64,000 bases of DNA, taken from the NCBI GenBank assembly GCA_017502875.1, contig JAFVUF010000023.1:3020-67019 (forward strand), in the 5' to 3' direction. This document shows positions 47,350 to 55,943 of this stretch, piece after piece (positions within the stretch are counted from its first letter, which is position 1; each line of letters begins with the position of its first letter). The notes under the pieces are model-generated. The model saw only the letters and a list, made by a program, of their open reading frames with translations, ran no database searches and had not been told where the DNA came from. This DNA is from Clostridia bacterium (lineage in GTDB: Bacteria; Bacillota; Clostridia; Oscillospirales; CAG-272). Made by a program: the position numbers and the translations under genes.

Positions 47350-48126
47350 TTATTTATTTCTGAATTTATTCGGTGATATCCCCACCACGTTTCCAAATTG
47401 CTTAATAAAATGAGACGTGGACTTATAACCGCAATTCTCCGCAACCTCACATATCGGGAGTTCAGTGTTAAGAAGAAGCTTTTTTGCCAACGCTATGCGC
47501 GCACTAATTACGTCATTTACATATGAGACCGCGAAAAAACGTTTGTAAAGGTGTTGAAAATATGATCTGCTTAAATAAACACTTTTGCAAACCTCCTCAA
47601 CAGACCGGCTCTTTTCCGGAGAAATATATATTTCGTTGCGTATCGCAAGAAAATCAGAGTAATGCTTTTCAATCTCGCTTGCATGATCTCGCTCAAGCTC
47701 ACTTTTTAGTTGATATATAAAAACAGTAGTTAAATTATCCAGAATATTCGCCGTATACTTAGAGCTTGCGTAGCTTAGCTCTAAGACAATGCCTTTTAAT
47801 ATACTTGAAATACGCTTAGGTGAGAAAACCTTGATAGTAACCCCCATAGGAATACCTTGAAGAAGCCTCTCCTCAGCTTTGCTTTCAGTATTAAAATGGA
47901 TGTAATCATGACAAAATTTTCGGCCCTTTTCCGGAAAATAGCTTTGAATTTTATATTTATCAAAAATGATACAGTCGCCGGCATCCGCGCTTATGTACGA
48001 ACCGTCCACCATAACAAACGACGGCGATTTAAAAAGTACAAAAAGATAATCCTCTCTTCCGTTCGGACGGTGTAGCTTGAAGTTTTCATCTTGTATATTA
48101 TCAACGTCAGCAACAATCACTCGCAT
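47350..48126 (-). CDS. AraC-family transcriptional regulator (cupin sensor + HTH)
   Basis: The C-terminus has two HTH_18 motifs (VEEVCKSVYLSRSYFQHLYKRFF; ICEVAENCGYKSTSHFIKQF). ATG at 48126 after GGAGGTGG is preferred over the TTG at 48150. Confidence 0.85.
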   Translation of the reverse strand: MRVIVADVDNIQDENFKLHRPNGREDYLFVLFKSPSFVMVDGSYISADAGDCIIFDKYKIQSYFPEKGRKFCHDYIHFNTESKAEERLLQGIPMGVTIKVFSPKRISSILKGIVLELSYASSKYTANILDNLTTVFIYQLKSELERDHASEIEKHYSDFLAIRNEIYISPEKSRSVEEVCKSVYLSRSYFQHLYKRFFAVSYVNDVISARIALAKKLLLNTELPICEVAENCGYKSTSHFIKQFGNVVGISPNKFRNK

Positions 48127-48244
48127 AGTGCCACCTCCATAAAAGCACAAAAGTTAAATCCAAAAGCATTATAGCATATTGCATTTTGAAAGTCAATACG
48201 ATAAAATAAAAATGTAATTAACGAATTACATTGAGGAGGTTATT

Positions 48245-50494
48245 ATGTATAGCGCACTTAAAAATCAGTTAAAACAGCATTATGATCAGCTTCCCCGCGG
48301 TGGCGAAAAAACGCCCCTTCTGTCTAAGGCAATCGAGATTCAGACAAAAATTTACGGAGAAATGGATGAATATTACAAGCACGAAAAGCATCCTGCGCTC
48401 TTAAAGAGCCATATCCATACGCTCATCGCCGAGAATTTCGAGCCTAAGATATTCTCTGAAAGTCCTTTCTTTTATGAAATGAGCCTGCGCGACCGTTTTT
48501 GTTGGGGAACGGAAGATCTTACGCCGTCAAGCTGGCTTAGGATTAGAACCCGCCCAACAGTCTATAACGAGCATCCGTTAGTAGAATTTATAGAAAAGCA
48601 TGTTTTGGAATATTTTCAAAAAAGCGCCGGGATTTGCAGCATGCCCAACTCATTCGATAACGACCACCATACGATTGGATATACTACCCTTTTTGCTGAG
48701 GGTATAGACGGTATCCTCTCTCGAGTACGAGACGCTATGAAGGTGGAAACAAACGAAGATAAATATGCCTTTTTGAAGGCAACGGAAGAAAGCTGCATTG
48801 CCCTTTGCTCTATTGCGGAAAAGTTTTCAAGCAAAGCCGACGAGATGCTAAAGGAAGAAAGAGCGCCGCAAGAAATAAAGTTCCTTTCAATGATACGCGA
48901 CACGGCAAAGCGTATCCCGAAGGCGCCGCCCGCAACGTTCTACGAGGGACTTGCTATGCTTCTCTTCACACGAGAGGCTCTGGCAACTCTTGAAAATATA
49001 GGCATATCAAATCTTGGACACGTTGACAGACTTCTTGGAAAGCTGTACGAGGACGATATAGCTGCCGGAAGACTCACTGAAAGCGAAGCTCGCGATCTCG
49101 TTACGAGATGGATGATGTATACCGATATCAAATTCGACCTTGAGAATAGCAGCTGGCCTGAAACCAGCACCTGCATACAGCTTGGCGGTTGTGATGAAAA
49201 CGGGAACACCGTATATAACAGCGTAACCCGTATTTTTATTGAAGAGCATCATAAAGCGGGGTTTGTCAATCCAAAGCTGAATTGCAGATATTCAAAAAAT
49301 TCCCCTGACGAGTACCTAAAGCTCATTGGCAAGGCTTTAACCGCGGGACATAATAATTTCGTGCTTATCAACGACGATATTGTCATACCCGGTCTTGTAA
49401 ATAACGGAGTTGCCTTAAAGGACGCCAGACGGTTTGTAAACGGCGGCTGCCAAGAGACTATGATAGAAGGCGGCGGTCATACCGAGGGCGCCGGAATTTA
49501 TATTTCGATACCAAGAATTCTCGATCTTTTTCTACGCCCGGACGAGCGCTTCGGTTGGATACACGGAATAAAAGAACCAAAGAGCTTTGATGAGTTTTAC
49601 AGTGAATTTTTTGCTTCGCTCAAGAGCTTCTTAAATACTATTTTTGAGCAAAGAAAAATAAGGCAAGTCTATCATAAAGTCTGGCAACACTGTCCTCTCT
49701 TTTCCGCAACTCAAGACGGATGTATAGAAAACAGAATGGACTATTGCGAGGGAGGCGCGTCATACAATTTTTCAACCGTAGCTCTGGTTGGCTTAGGAAC
49801 CACGGTGGATTCTCTCTACGCTCTTAAAAAGCTTGTTTACGAAACAGGTACAGTATCTCTTTCAAAGTTCAAGGAAATTCTTGCCGCCGATTGGCAGGGC
49901 TACGATGAGCTTCGTCGCGAGGCGCTATCGCTTACCAAATACTGTCAGGCTGACGGTGAAGTTGACAAGATGGCAAACCGCTTGCTCAGCGAGCTTTCTG
50001 AGTTTGTCGGCAAGGCAGAAAATGAGCGCGGCGGAAGCCATATTCCCAGCCTTTTCGTATATTACTATTTTGAGTATTTTTCAGCTCCTTTACGCGCAAC
50101 TCCCGACGGAAGACGAAACGGAGATTTAATTAGCATGGGATGCGGCCCTTCAAGAACGTTCGCCAATTCAGATATCACTAAGCCCCTCAGAAGCATGAAA
50201 AACGTCGATTTTACCGCATGCAAAGGCGGAAGCGCCGTGCTGGATGTACAGCTTCCTCTTTCAAAAAATCTTACCCCCGATATCTTCGTCTCACTAATAC
50301 GCTCGTGCGCTGATTTAAAATGTCCCACACTCCAGCCGAATGCGGTATCTCCGAAGGAGCTGCTTGACGCAAAGGTAAATCCAGATAAGCACAGGGATCT
50401 CATCGTCAGAATATCAGGACTATCCGCTTATTTCACCGCCCTCACACCGCAGGTGCAGGATGAAATAATTAAGAGAACAGTTTATAATGTATAG
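48245..50494 (+). CDS. glycyl radical enzyme, PFL2/dehydratase-like clade, substrate unknown
   Basis: 749 aa. C-terminal glycyl-radical motif VRISGLSAYF. Thiyl loop NGGCQETM (Cys-x-Glu, as in eliminase-type GREs). Confidence 0.88.
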   Translation: MYSALKNQLKQHYDQLPRGGEKTPLLSKAIEIQTKIYGEMDEYYKHEKHPALLKSHIHTLIAENFEPKIFSESPFFYEMSLRDRFCWGTEDLTPSSWLRIRTRPTVYNEHPLVEFIEKHVLEYFQKSAGICSMPNSFDNDHHTIGYTTLFAEGIDGILSRVRDAMKVETNEDKYAFLKATEESCIALCSIAEKFSSKADEMLKEERAPQEIKFLSMIRDTAKRIPKAPPATFYEGLAMLLFTREALATLENIGISNLGHVDRLLGKLYEDDIAAGRLTESEARDLVTRWMMYTDIKFDLENSSWPETSTCIQLGGCDENGNTVYNSVTRIFIEEHHKAGFVNPKLNCRYSKNSPDEYLKLIGKALTAGHNNFVLINDDIVIPGLVNNGVALKDARRFVNGGCQETMIEGGGHTEGAGIYISIPRILDLFLRPDERFGWIHGIKEPKSFDEFYSEFFASLKSFLNTIFEQRKIRQVYHKVWQHCPLFSATQDGCIENRMDYCEGGASYNFSTVALVGLGTTVDSLYALKKLVYETGTVSLSKFKEILAADWQGYDELRREALSLTKYCQADGEVDKMANRLLSELSEFVGKAENERGGSHIPSLFVYYYFEYFSAPLRATPDGRRNGDLISMGCGPSRTFANSDITKPLRSMKNVDFTACKGGSAVLDVQLPLSKNLTPDIFVSLIRSCADLKCPTLQPNAVSPKELLDAKVNPDKHRDLIVRISGLSAYFTALTPQVQDEIIKRTVYNV

Positions 50495-51320
50495 TAATGT
50501 CAATTTAGCTGAAAAGCTGGTGGGAAATATATTCAACATCCAGCATTTTTCAATCGGAGACGGTCCCGGTATACGCACAACCGTGTTTTTCAAGGGCTGT
50601 AATCTTCGCTGCGCATGGTGCCACAATCCCGAAAGTCAAAGCGCCAAAACTGAATGGATGTTTTATAAGGAAAAGTGTACCGGTTGCGGACGTTGCGCGG
50701 CTCTTACTGAGAAGGACACCGATTTTGTCTGTTTTCAGGACGCAAGACAAATTTGCGGAAAAAAATATACCGCTGATGAAATACTGAGCGAAGTAATCAA
50801 GGATAAAAGCTTTTATGAAAATTCGGGCGGTGGAGCGACCTTTTCCGGAGGAGAATGTCTACTGCAAATAGAATTTCTCACAGAGATTTTGAAGGCTTGC
50901 AAGGAAAACGGAATTCATACCGCCGTGGACACCGCAGGACACGTGCCGTATGAAACAATTGAGAAAATCCTCCCCTACACCGATTTGTTTCTTTACGACG
51001 TCAAATGCTTCGATAGCGAAAAGCATAAGCAATACACAGGCGTTGGAAATGAATTGATTTTGGAAAACCTTAGACGCTTGTTGAATACAAGCGTTGCGGT
51101 TTGGGTGCGGATTCCGATAATTCCGACGGTCAATGACACAGTCGAAGAAATGCAAAACATCAAATTGCTTTTGGATTCATACGGAGCCCCCGAAACAGTA
51201 GAACTGCTGCCGTATCACGCGATTGGCGAGCATAAATACGATGCACTAAATAAGAAGGCTCATACTTTTTCCGTGCCGTCCGAAGAAAAAATGGCGCAGC
51301 TAAAAAAGGTTTTTTCATAG
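50487..51320 (+). CDS. glycyl-radical enzyme activating protein (radical SAM)
   Basis: 277 aa with CNLRCAWCHN (CX3CX2C) and an extra Cys cluster CTGCGRC. Overlaps the GRE stop by 8 nt. Confidence 0.9.
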   Translation: MYSNVNLAEKLVGNIFNIQHFSIGDGPGIRTTVFFKGCNLRCAWCHNPESQSAKTEWMFYKEKCTGCGRCAALTEKDTDFVCFQDARQICGKKYTADEILSEVIKDKSFYENSGGGATFSGGECLLQIEFLTEILKACKENGIHTAVDTAGHVPYETIEKILPYTDLFLYDVKCFDSEKHKQYTGVGNELILENLRRLLNTSVAVWVRIPIIPTVNDTVEEMQNIKLLLDSYGAPETVELLPYHAIGEHKYDALNKKAHTFSVPSEEKMAQLKKVFS

Positions 51321-51448
51321 CATTTCTTATTCACCTCACTCGCAAGCGACTACCCTATCATTTGCTGCTCGCGTAACCGTAAACGCTCACACAGACTGAT
51401 GCGGTATCTATTCGGTATGTGCTTTTATATGCACGGTAATTATTCAAA

Positions 51449-51495
51449 AAAGGCAATATCAAACCTAAAACGGAATGATATTGCCTTCTCTTTTT
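51449..51495 (+). terminator. terminator hairpin, copy 2 of AAGGCAATATCA stem
   Basis: AAGGCAATATCA (51450-51461) and TGATATTGCCTT (51476-51487) are followed by CTCTTTTT. Confidence 0.75.
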
Positions 51496-51571
51496 GGTGT
51501 AACAGTCCTTTTTATTGACAACTGTGGGCTTTTATGATATACTCTATACACAGCACGAAAGGAGATTTACT

Positions 51572-52381
51572 ATGCTCTATAACGCGAAAAACTGTCGGTT
51601 ACCGATTGGAAATACGTATATGGACTACATTTCCTTTGGTAAGGGAGCTGAAACGCTCATAATACTTCCCGGACTTGGAGACGGTCTTAAAACAGTAAAG
51701 GGCGTTGCTCTTCCCTTTGCTTTTATGTACAGGAAGCTGGCTAAAAAATATAAGGTTTACGTTTTCAGCCGAAAAAACGAGCTTGAAAACGACTGCACTA
51801 CCGAAACTATGGCAGACGATCTTTCCTTTGCTATGGACTCTATCGGTATTAACAAAGCTCACGTCCTCGGTGTTTCGATGGGCGGTATGATTGCTCAATA
51901 CCTTGCTATCAAATATCCCGAAAAGGTTAATAAGCTTATCCTTGCCGCAACCGTCGCGCGTAGCAATGACAAAATAAAAAGCACTATAACCGATTGGCTT
52001 GATATGGCTGCAAGAAACGACCATAAGGCGCTAATGATAGACAACGTTGAAAGAATATATACCGAGGCTTACATACGCAAAAAGCATTACAGAATGATGT
52101 ATCCGTTCGTTTCCAAAATCAGCAAGCCAAAAAGCTACGAGCGCTTTATTTTACAAGCCAAGGCCTGTATGAACCACGACGCGTACGAAGGTCTCGCAAA
52201 CGTTACAAGTCCTACGCTCGTTTTTGCGGGCGGAGAGGATAAAATTTTAGGCGCTGACGAGTCAATTGAGCCAAAATCTCTTATAAAAAACAGCCAACTC
52301 ATTCTTTATAAAGCCCTCGGACACGGTCTTTATGAGGAAGCGCCCGGCTTTTTAGACGATATTTTACTGTTTCTGTCATAG
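51572..52381 (+). CDS. alpha/beta-fold hydrolase
   Basis: Nucleophile elbow GVSMGG and HG-type oxyanion LPGLGDG. ATG at 51572 after AAAGGAG. TTGACA-17-TATACT promoter at about 51515-51545. Confidence 0.85.
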   Translation: MLYNAKNCRLPIGNTYMDYISFGKGAETLIILPGLGDGLKTVKGVALPFAFMYRKLAKKYKVYVFSRKNELENDCTTETMADDLSFAMDSIGINKAHVLGVSMGGMIAQYLAIKYPEKVNKLILAATVARSNDKIKSTITDWLDMAARNDHKALMIDNVERIYTEAYIRKKHYRMMYPFVSKISKPKSYERFILQAKACMNHDAYEGLANVTSPTLVFAGGEDKILGADESIEPKSLIKNSQLILYKALGHGLYEEAPGFLDDILLFLS

Positions 52382-52385
52382 ATTA

Positions 52386-52419
52386 AAACGGTCTGTCGAA
52401 AAACGACAGACCGTTTTTT
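52386..52419. terminator. bidirectional intrinsic terminator
   Basis: An 11-bp stem ACGGTCTGTCG/CGACAGACCGT with flanking A and T runs. Confidence 0.85.
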
Positions 52420-52421
52420 AG

Positions 52422-53969
52422 TTATTTCGTGTAAGGGATAAACAGCACGCTTGGAAGCTTTCCGTTAATTATATCGTTTTTACCCTCAAGTTCCTCTATG
52501 CTTACCCCGAACTGCTTGCCTATCTCCCACAGAGTCTCGTTCTCGGTAGGATAATAAAATCTCATTTGCGGCTGCTCGGTAATCTCTTCTGGTTCCTTAA
52601 AATCGGCTTTTTTCAAAACCTCGACCTCCTCTGTCTCAAGCAGCATCAATCCCAGCTGCATATCAAGCTCTGTGTAAAGGTTTTCCGAATCAAATCTACC
52701 CTTTGCGCCCATGCAAACGATATCGTAATTATAGATGAAATTTTCACCAACTCCCGATGCCTCAAGATCAACCTTGAACGGAACATCATATTCATGAGTC
52801 ATAAGACCGTCCTCGCCCTTGAATATAGCGCTTGTTCGAGCGTTACCGCTTACGGTAACTCTGCTTTTATCCGAGCTTAGCTGTACTGAGGAGATTTTCG
52901 GAATCGCTTTAAGCGAAAGAATGCTTTCGGCGTTATTTAAATTAAGCTCCTGTCTGGTAAGCGCAAGGTTTGCGCCAAACGAGGTTGAATATAGCTTTGA
53001 AAATCGGTAGAACGTCTCCTTTTCCGTTTCAGTCTTTACCGTCTTACCTATTGCGTACATATCCTTTGTTACAGTAATTTTAGAGCTGCCTACGCAGTTT
53101 AGATAAACCCTATATGTAATATCAAGCTCGATAATTCTTCTCTCTCCGAATCCGTTTTCTGAAACGTTCACCTTAACGTCATCAACAGCGCCTCGCGCCA
53201 TACATGAATAGGATTCGTCCACATCATCAGCAAGAACCACCTGCGCCACAGGAAGCTTTCTGAAAAGCACCGTATATGCTTCGTTTTCACCGTCATTTGA
53301 GCTGTAAAAAACGGTTATCGGCATTTCTCCTCTGCAAAGCACCTTACCGTCCGCGCCCTTACATTCGTAAAAGCTCATATCAACGTCGCAAGAGATAACC
53401 TCGCTTATCTGCGGAAGCGCGCCGTCAGCTTCAAGGTCAGCAGAAACGCTGAGACCGCTTTCGCCGGAGCATATAAGCTTCATAACATCTACATTTCTCT
53501 CAGCTCTCTCGACCTCTCCTATATCTCCCGTCAGCTCAGGCTGAAAGCCCCTTTTGCACCAAACGGTAACTGAGGTGTCCACGCGTAATCTTATTGATAC
53601 CCTTCTGGGATTCAGCATTTTGCAAATAACGCTCTCAGGCTCTGGGATAAGATTAGCAACACACTCGTCCTCAATGCAAGCTATCTCAACTCCGTCAGAA
53701 AAAGATGCGGTAAAGGTAACATTTTTGAGATGATTGCCCTCATCACAAAATAATATATGACATACAACATCGCCCTCATAATCTATTTTACCGCTACTTA
53801 CATACTTTCCGTCAAGCTTAGGTCGGGCATCAACCTTAATTATTCTTTTTACGTCGGGCAAGTAATCAGGAAGAATAAACTCCTCAGTAACGTCCGTATG
53901 TTTAACTGAATCGTAAACCTTCATTAAAGCCTTATCGTCATAATCAACACCATTGAAATAGCCGTTCAT
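52422..53969 (-). CDS. DUF3794 (SPOCS)-domain protein with C-terminal LysM
   Basis: 515 aa. The C-terminal YYPTENETLWEIGKQFGVSIEELEGKN is a LysM motif. The repeated beta-rich body is typical of clostridial DUF3794 coat-associated proteins. Confidence 0.7.
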   Translation of the reverse strand: MNGYFNGVDYDDKALMKVYDSVKHTDVTEEFILPDYLPDVKRIIKVDARPKLDGKYVSSGKIDYEGDVVCHILFCDEGNHLKNVTFTASFSDGVEIACIEDECVANLIPEPESVICKMLNPRRVSIRLRVDTSVTVWCKRGFQPELTGDIGEVERAERNVDVMKLICSGESGLSVSADLEADGALPQISEVISCDVDMSFYECKGADGKVLCRGEMPITVFYSSNDGENEAYTVLFRKLPVAQVVLADDVDESYSCMARGAVDDVKVNVSENGFGERRIIELDITYRVYLNCVGSSKITVTKDMYAIGKTVKTETEKETFYRFSKLYSTSFGANLALTRQELNLNNAESILSLKAIPKISSVQLSSDKSRVTVSGNARTSAIFKGEDGLMTHEYDVPFKVDLEASGVGENFIYNYDIVCMGAKGRFDSENLYTELDMQLGLMLLETEEVEVLKKADFKEPEEITEQPQMRFYYPTENETLWEIGKQFGVSIEELEGKNDIINGKLPSVLFIPYTK

Positions 53970-54117
53970 TTCGCATCCTCCGAAAATTTTTTACTAAATT
54001 CTATGCGAAAAGCTTTGTATTTATGACTGAAAAGCAGCAAAAACGGAATAATTAATGCGGCAAAATCTCATTAATAGCTTTAATTTGTGAATTTTTTAGT
54101 TATTTTAATTATTTGAC

Positions 54118-54145
54118 TTGACAATTTTAAGAAAAGTGATATAAT
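54118..54145 (+). promoter_or_regulatory. promoter of tRNA-Leu (TTGACA-16-TATAAT, TGn)
   Basis: TTGACA at 54118-54123 and TATAAT at 54140-54145, preceded by TGA. Confidence 0.7.
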
Positions 54146-54177
54146 AAAGCAGTACTGAAATAACGGTACGTTATTAT

Positions 54178-54264
54178 GCGGATGTGGCGGAACTGGCAGA
54201 CGCGCTAGATTCAGGTTCTAGTGGTAGCAATACCGTGTGGGTTCAAGTCCCTTCATCCGCACCA
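54178..54264 (+). tRNA. tRNA-Leu (anticodon CAG), CCA encoded
   Basis: GCGGATG...CTAGA-TTCAGGT-TCTAG, long variable arm, GGTTCAAGTCC T-loop, CATCCGC-A-CCA. Confidence 0.93.
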
Positions 54265-54270
54265 ATAGTC

Positions 54271-54298
54271 AAAAATCGGGGTTAAAGCCCCGATTTTT
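54271..54298 (+). terminator. intrinsic terminator after tRNA-Leu
   Basis: ATCGGGG/CCCCGAT stem followed by TTTTT. Confidence 0.85.
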
Positions 54299-54390
54299 GT
54301 ATACAATTTACAGCAAATCAGTTATTTTTTATCCAATATAACGAATACAAAAACACAAACTAGTGATATTTTACGCTAACAAATATTTAT

Positions 54391-54412
54391 TGTGCCTAAA
54401 AATGTGCCTAAA
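54391..54412. repeat. tandem direct repeat TGTGCCTAAA x2 (12-bp period)
   Basis: Copies at 54391-54400 and 54403-54412, read directly. Confidence 0.8.
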
Positions 54413-54421
54413 TTTCTTATT

Positions 54422-54456
54422 AAAAAGGAAGCCGCATTACGCGACTTCCTTTTTCA
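54422..54456. repeat. 35-bp repeat copy 1 (AAAAAGGAAGCCGCATTACGCGACTTCCTTTTTCA), terminator-like hairpin
   Basis: Identical over 35 nt to 62451-62485. The flanks are unrelated. Confidence 0.9.
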
Positions 54457-54520
54457 ATTAGTTATAATTATTTGTTAAAGCTTATAAGATATATAGATTT
54501 TTACTTGTAACAATTTATCA

Positions 54521-55222
54521 TTATCGCCGCTTAGAGTTACCGAGAATAAGGAATAATCTTAGTAGCTGCGTAAGCGAAGCGGCAAGCGCCGCTACGTAGG
54601 TAAGCGCCGCAGCGCTAAGAACCTTTTTGGCGCATTCAAGCTCGTCTTTGTCAAGAATACCCGTTTGAACTATGGCGTTTACCGCCCTCCTTGATGCGTT
54701 ATATTCAGTAGGCAACGTAACAAGCTGGAAAACAGCGGTAAGCGAGAACAGAGCAAGTCCTATATACGCGACTAATACCATCTGCTGAGACCAAGCGGTT
54801 AATATTATACCGATAATAAAAATCCATATACCGAACCTTGAACCAATGTTGGTAAGAGGAATAATTGCCTGCCGTATTCTTATTGGAAGATATCTTTCGG
54901 CGTGCTGAATGGCGTGTCCGGCTTCATGACACGCTACTCCGATAGCGGCGGCTGAGGTTGAATTGTAAACTGAGTCGGAAAGCCTTATTACGTCCTCTCT
55001 CGGATCGTAATGGTCAGTTAAATTTCCTTGTATATGCTCAATTCTAACGTGATAAAGGCCGTTTGAGTCAAGCACCGCTCTACAAGCCATAGCGGCGGTA
55101 TAGCCTCTTCGAGTGTACACTTTACTGTACTGTTTAAATGTCGAGCTAACCCTCATGCTTGCCCAAATTGAAAATATAAGCGCAGGCAAAATCACTATAT
55201 ATGTCGGGTCAAAAAAGAACAT
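54521..55222 (-). CDS. membrane zinc metallopeptidase (Zn_peptidase_2/YpfJ-like family)
   Basis: HEAGHAIQH (HExxH) with flanking TM segments. ATG at 55222 after AAAGGA is preferred over the TTG at 55240. Confidence 0.8.
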   Translation of the reverse strand: MFFFDPTYIVILPALIFSIWASMRVSSTFKQYSKVYTRRGYTAAMACRAVLDSNGLYHVRIEHIQGNLTDHYDPREDVIRLSDSVYNSTSAAAIGVACHEAGHAIQHAERYLPIRIRQAIIPLTNIGSRFGIWIFIIGIILTAWSQQMVLVAYIGLALFSLTAVFQLVTLPTEYNASRRAVNAIVQTGILDKDELECAKKVLSAAALTYVAALAASLTQLLRLFLILGNSKRR

Positions 55223-55286
55223 CTCATTTTTTCCTTTCAATAGACCTAATTCTTCATAGCTTATTATATCAAATTCTTGTGTAGTT

Positions 55287-55574
55287 TCATGTAACTTTTA
55301 AATAAGTTTTTGTAAATTTAACAGCATTTATTCTATCGTAAAAGGTAAAAAATTTGATATGTCTACCGAAATCAGCTCTGTAATTTTGGTATTCACCGTT
55401 GCGCAAAGCTTGAACGCCTTTACAAGAATAAAAATCTGTCGCGGTATAAAGGTTCTGCCAGATACGAACGCAGCTTTGTTTATACACAAATACGGCAAGG
55501 ACTACACAAACGGTGAGAATAGCAAAATATATGTAATAACGGTAATCTATTTTTTTCTTTCTTTTTAACTTCAT
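55287..55574 (-). CDS. hypothetical small membrane-anchored protein (95 aa)
   Basis: Lys-rich N-terminus followed by one TM segment. No family recognised. Confidence 0.4.
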   Translation of the reverse strand: MKLKRKKKIDYRYYIYFAILTVCVVLAVFVYKQSCVRIWQNLYTATDFYSCKGVQALRNGEYQNYRADFGRHIKFFTFYDRINAVKFTKTYLKVT

Positions 55575-55688
55575 TTTCTTTCACCTTATATTATTTTGAA
55601 TACGAAAATTATATAGCCAATTAAAAATACAACAAGTAAATATAACAATATTTTTGCAATAAGTTTAGATTTTTTATCAGTTCTCATA

Positions 55689-55716
55689 TTGACTTTTTTT
55701 ATTTTTATGGTATAAT
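55689..55716 (+). promoter_or_regulatory. orphan promoter (TTGACT-16-TATAAT, TGn)
   Basis: TTGACT at 55689-55694 and TGG-TATAAT at 55708-55716. Confidence 0.6.
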
Positions 55717-55721
55717 AATTA

Positions 55722-55795
55722 CAGAAACGGTAGCCATGCTACAATTGTAGACGTGAGGCACTGCACGATTGTGCGCCGTTTCCTTTTTATTTTTT
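55722..55795 (+). ncRNA. candidate small RNA of about 70 nt (promoter-hairpins-terminator unit)
   Basis: GAAACGG (55724-55730) pairs with CCGTTTC (55776-55782), enclosing two hairpins (CTACA-ATT-GTAG; GCAC-GATT-GTGC). It is followed by CTTTTTATTTTTT. The next gene has its own promoter (TTGATT-17-TAAAAT, 55881-55909). Confidence 0.35.
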
Positions 55796-55943
55796 ATATC
55801 TTTTTACAGCATGAATATCATCACTGTGTATACGATATTTATTATCAGTAGACTGAAAAAAGGTAAATTTTTATCAACTATTGATTTTTAACGGTTATTG
55901 TGTTAAAATTAATACGTAATTTTAGTTTGAAAGGCGGTGCTAT

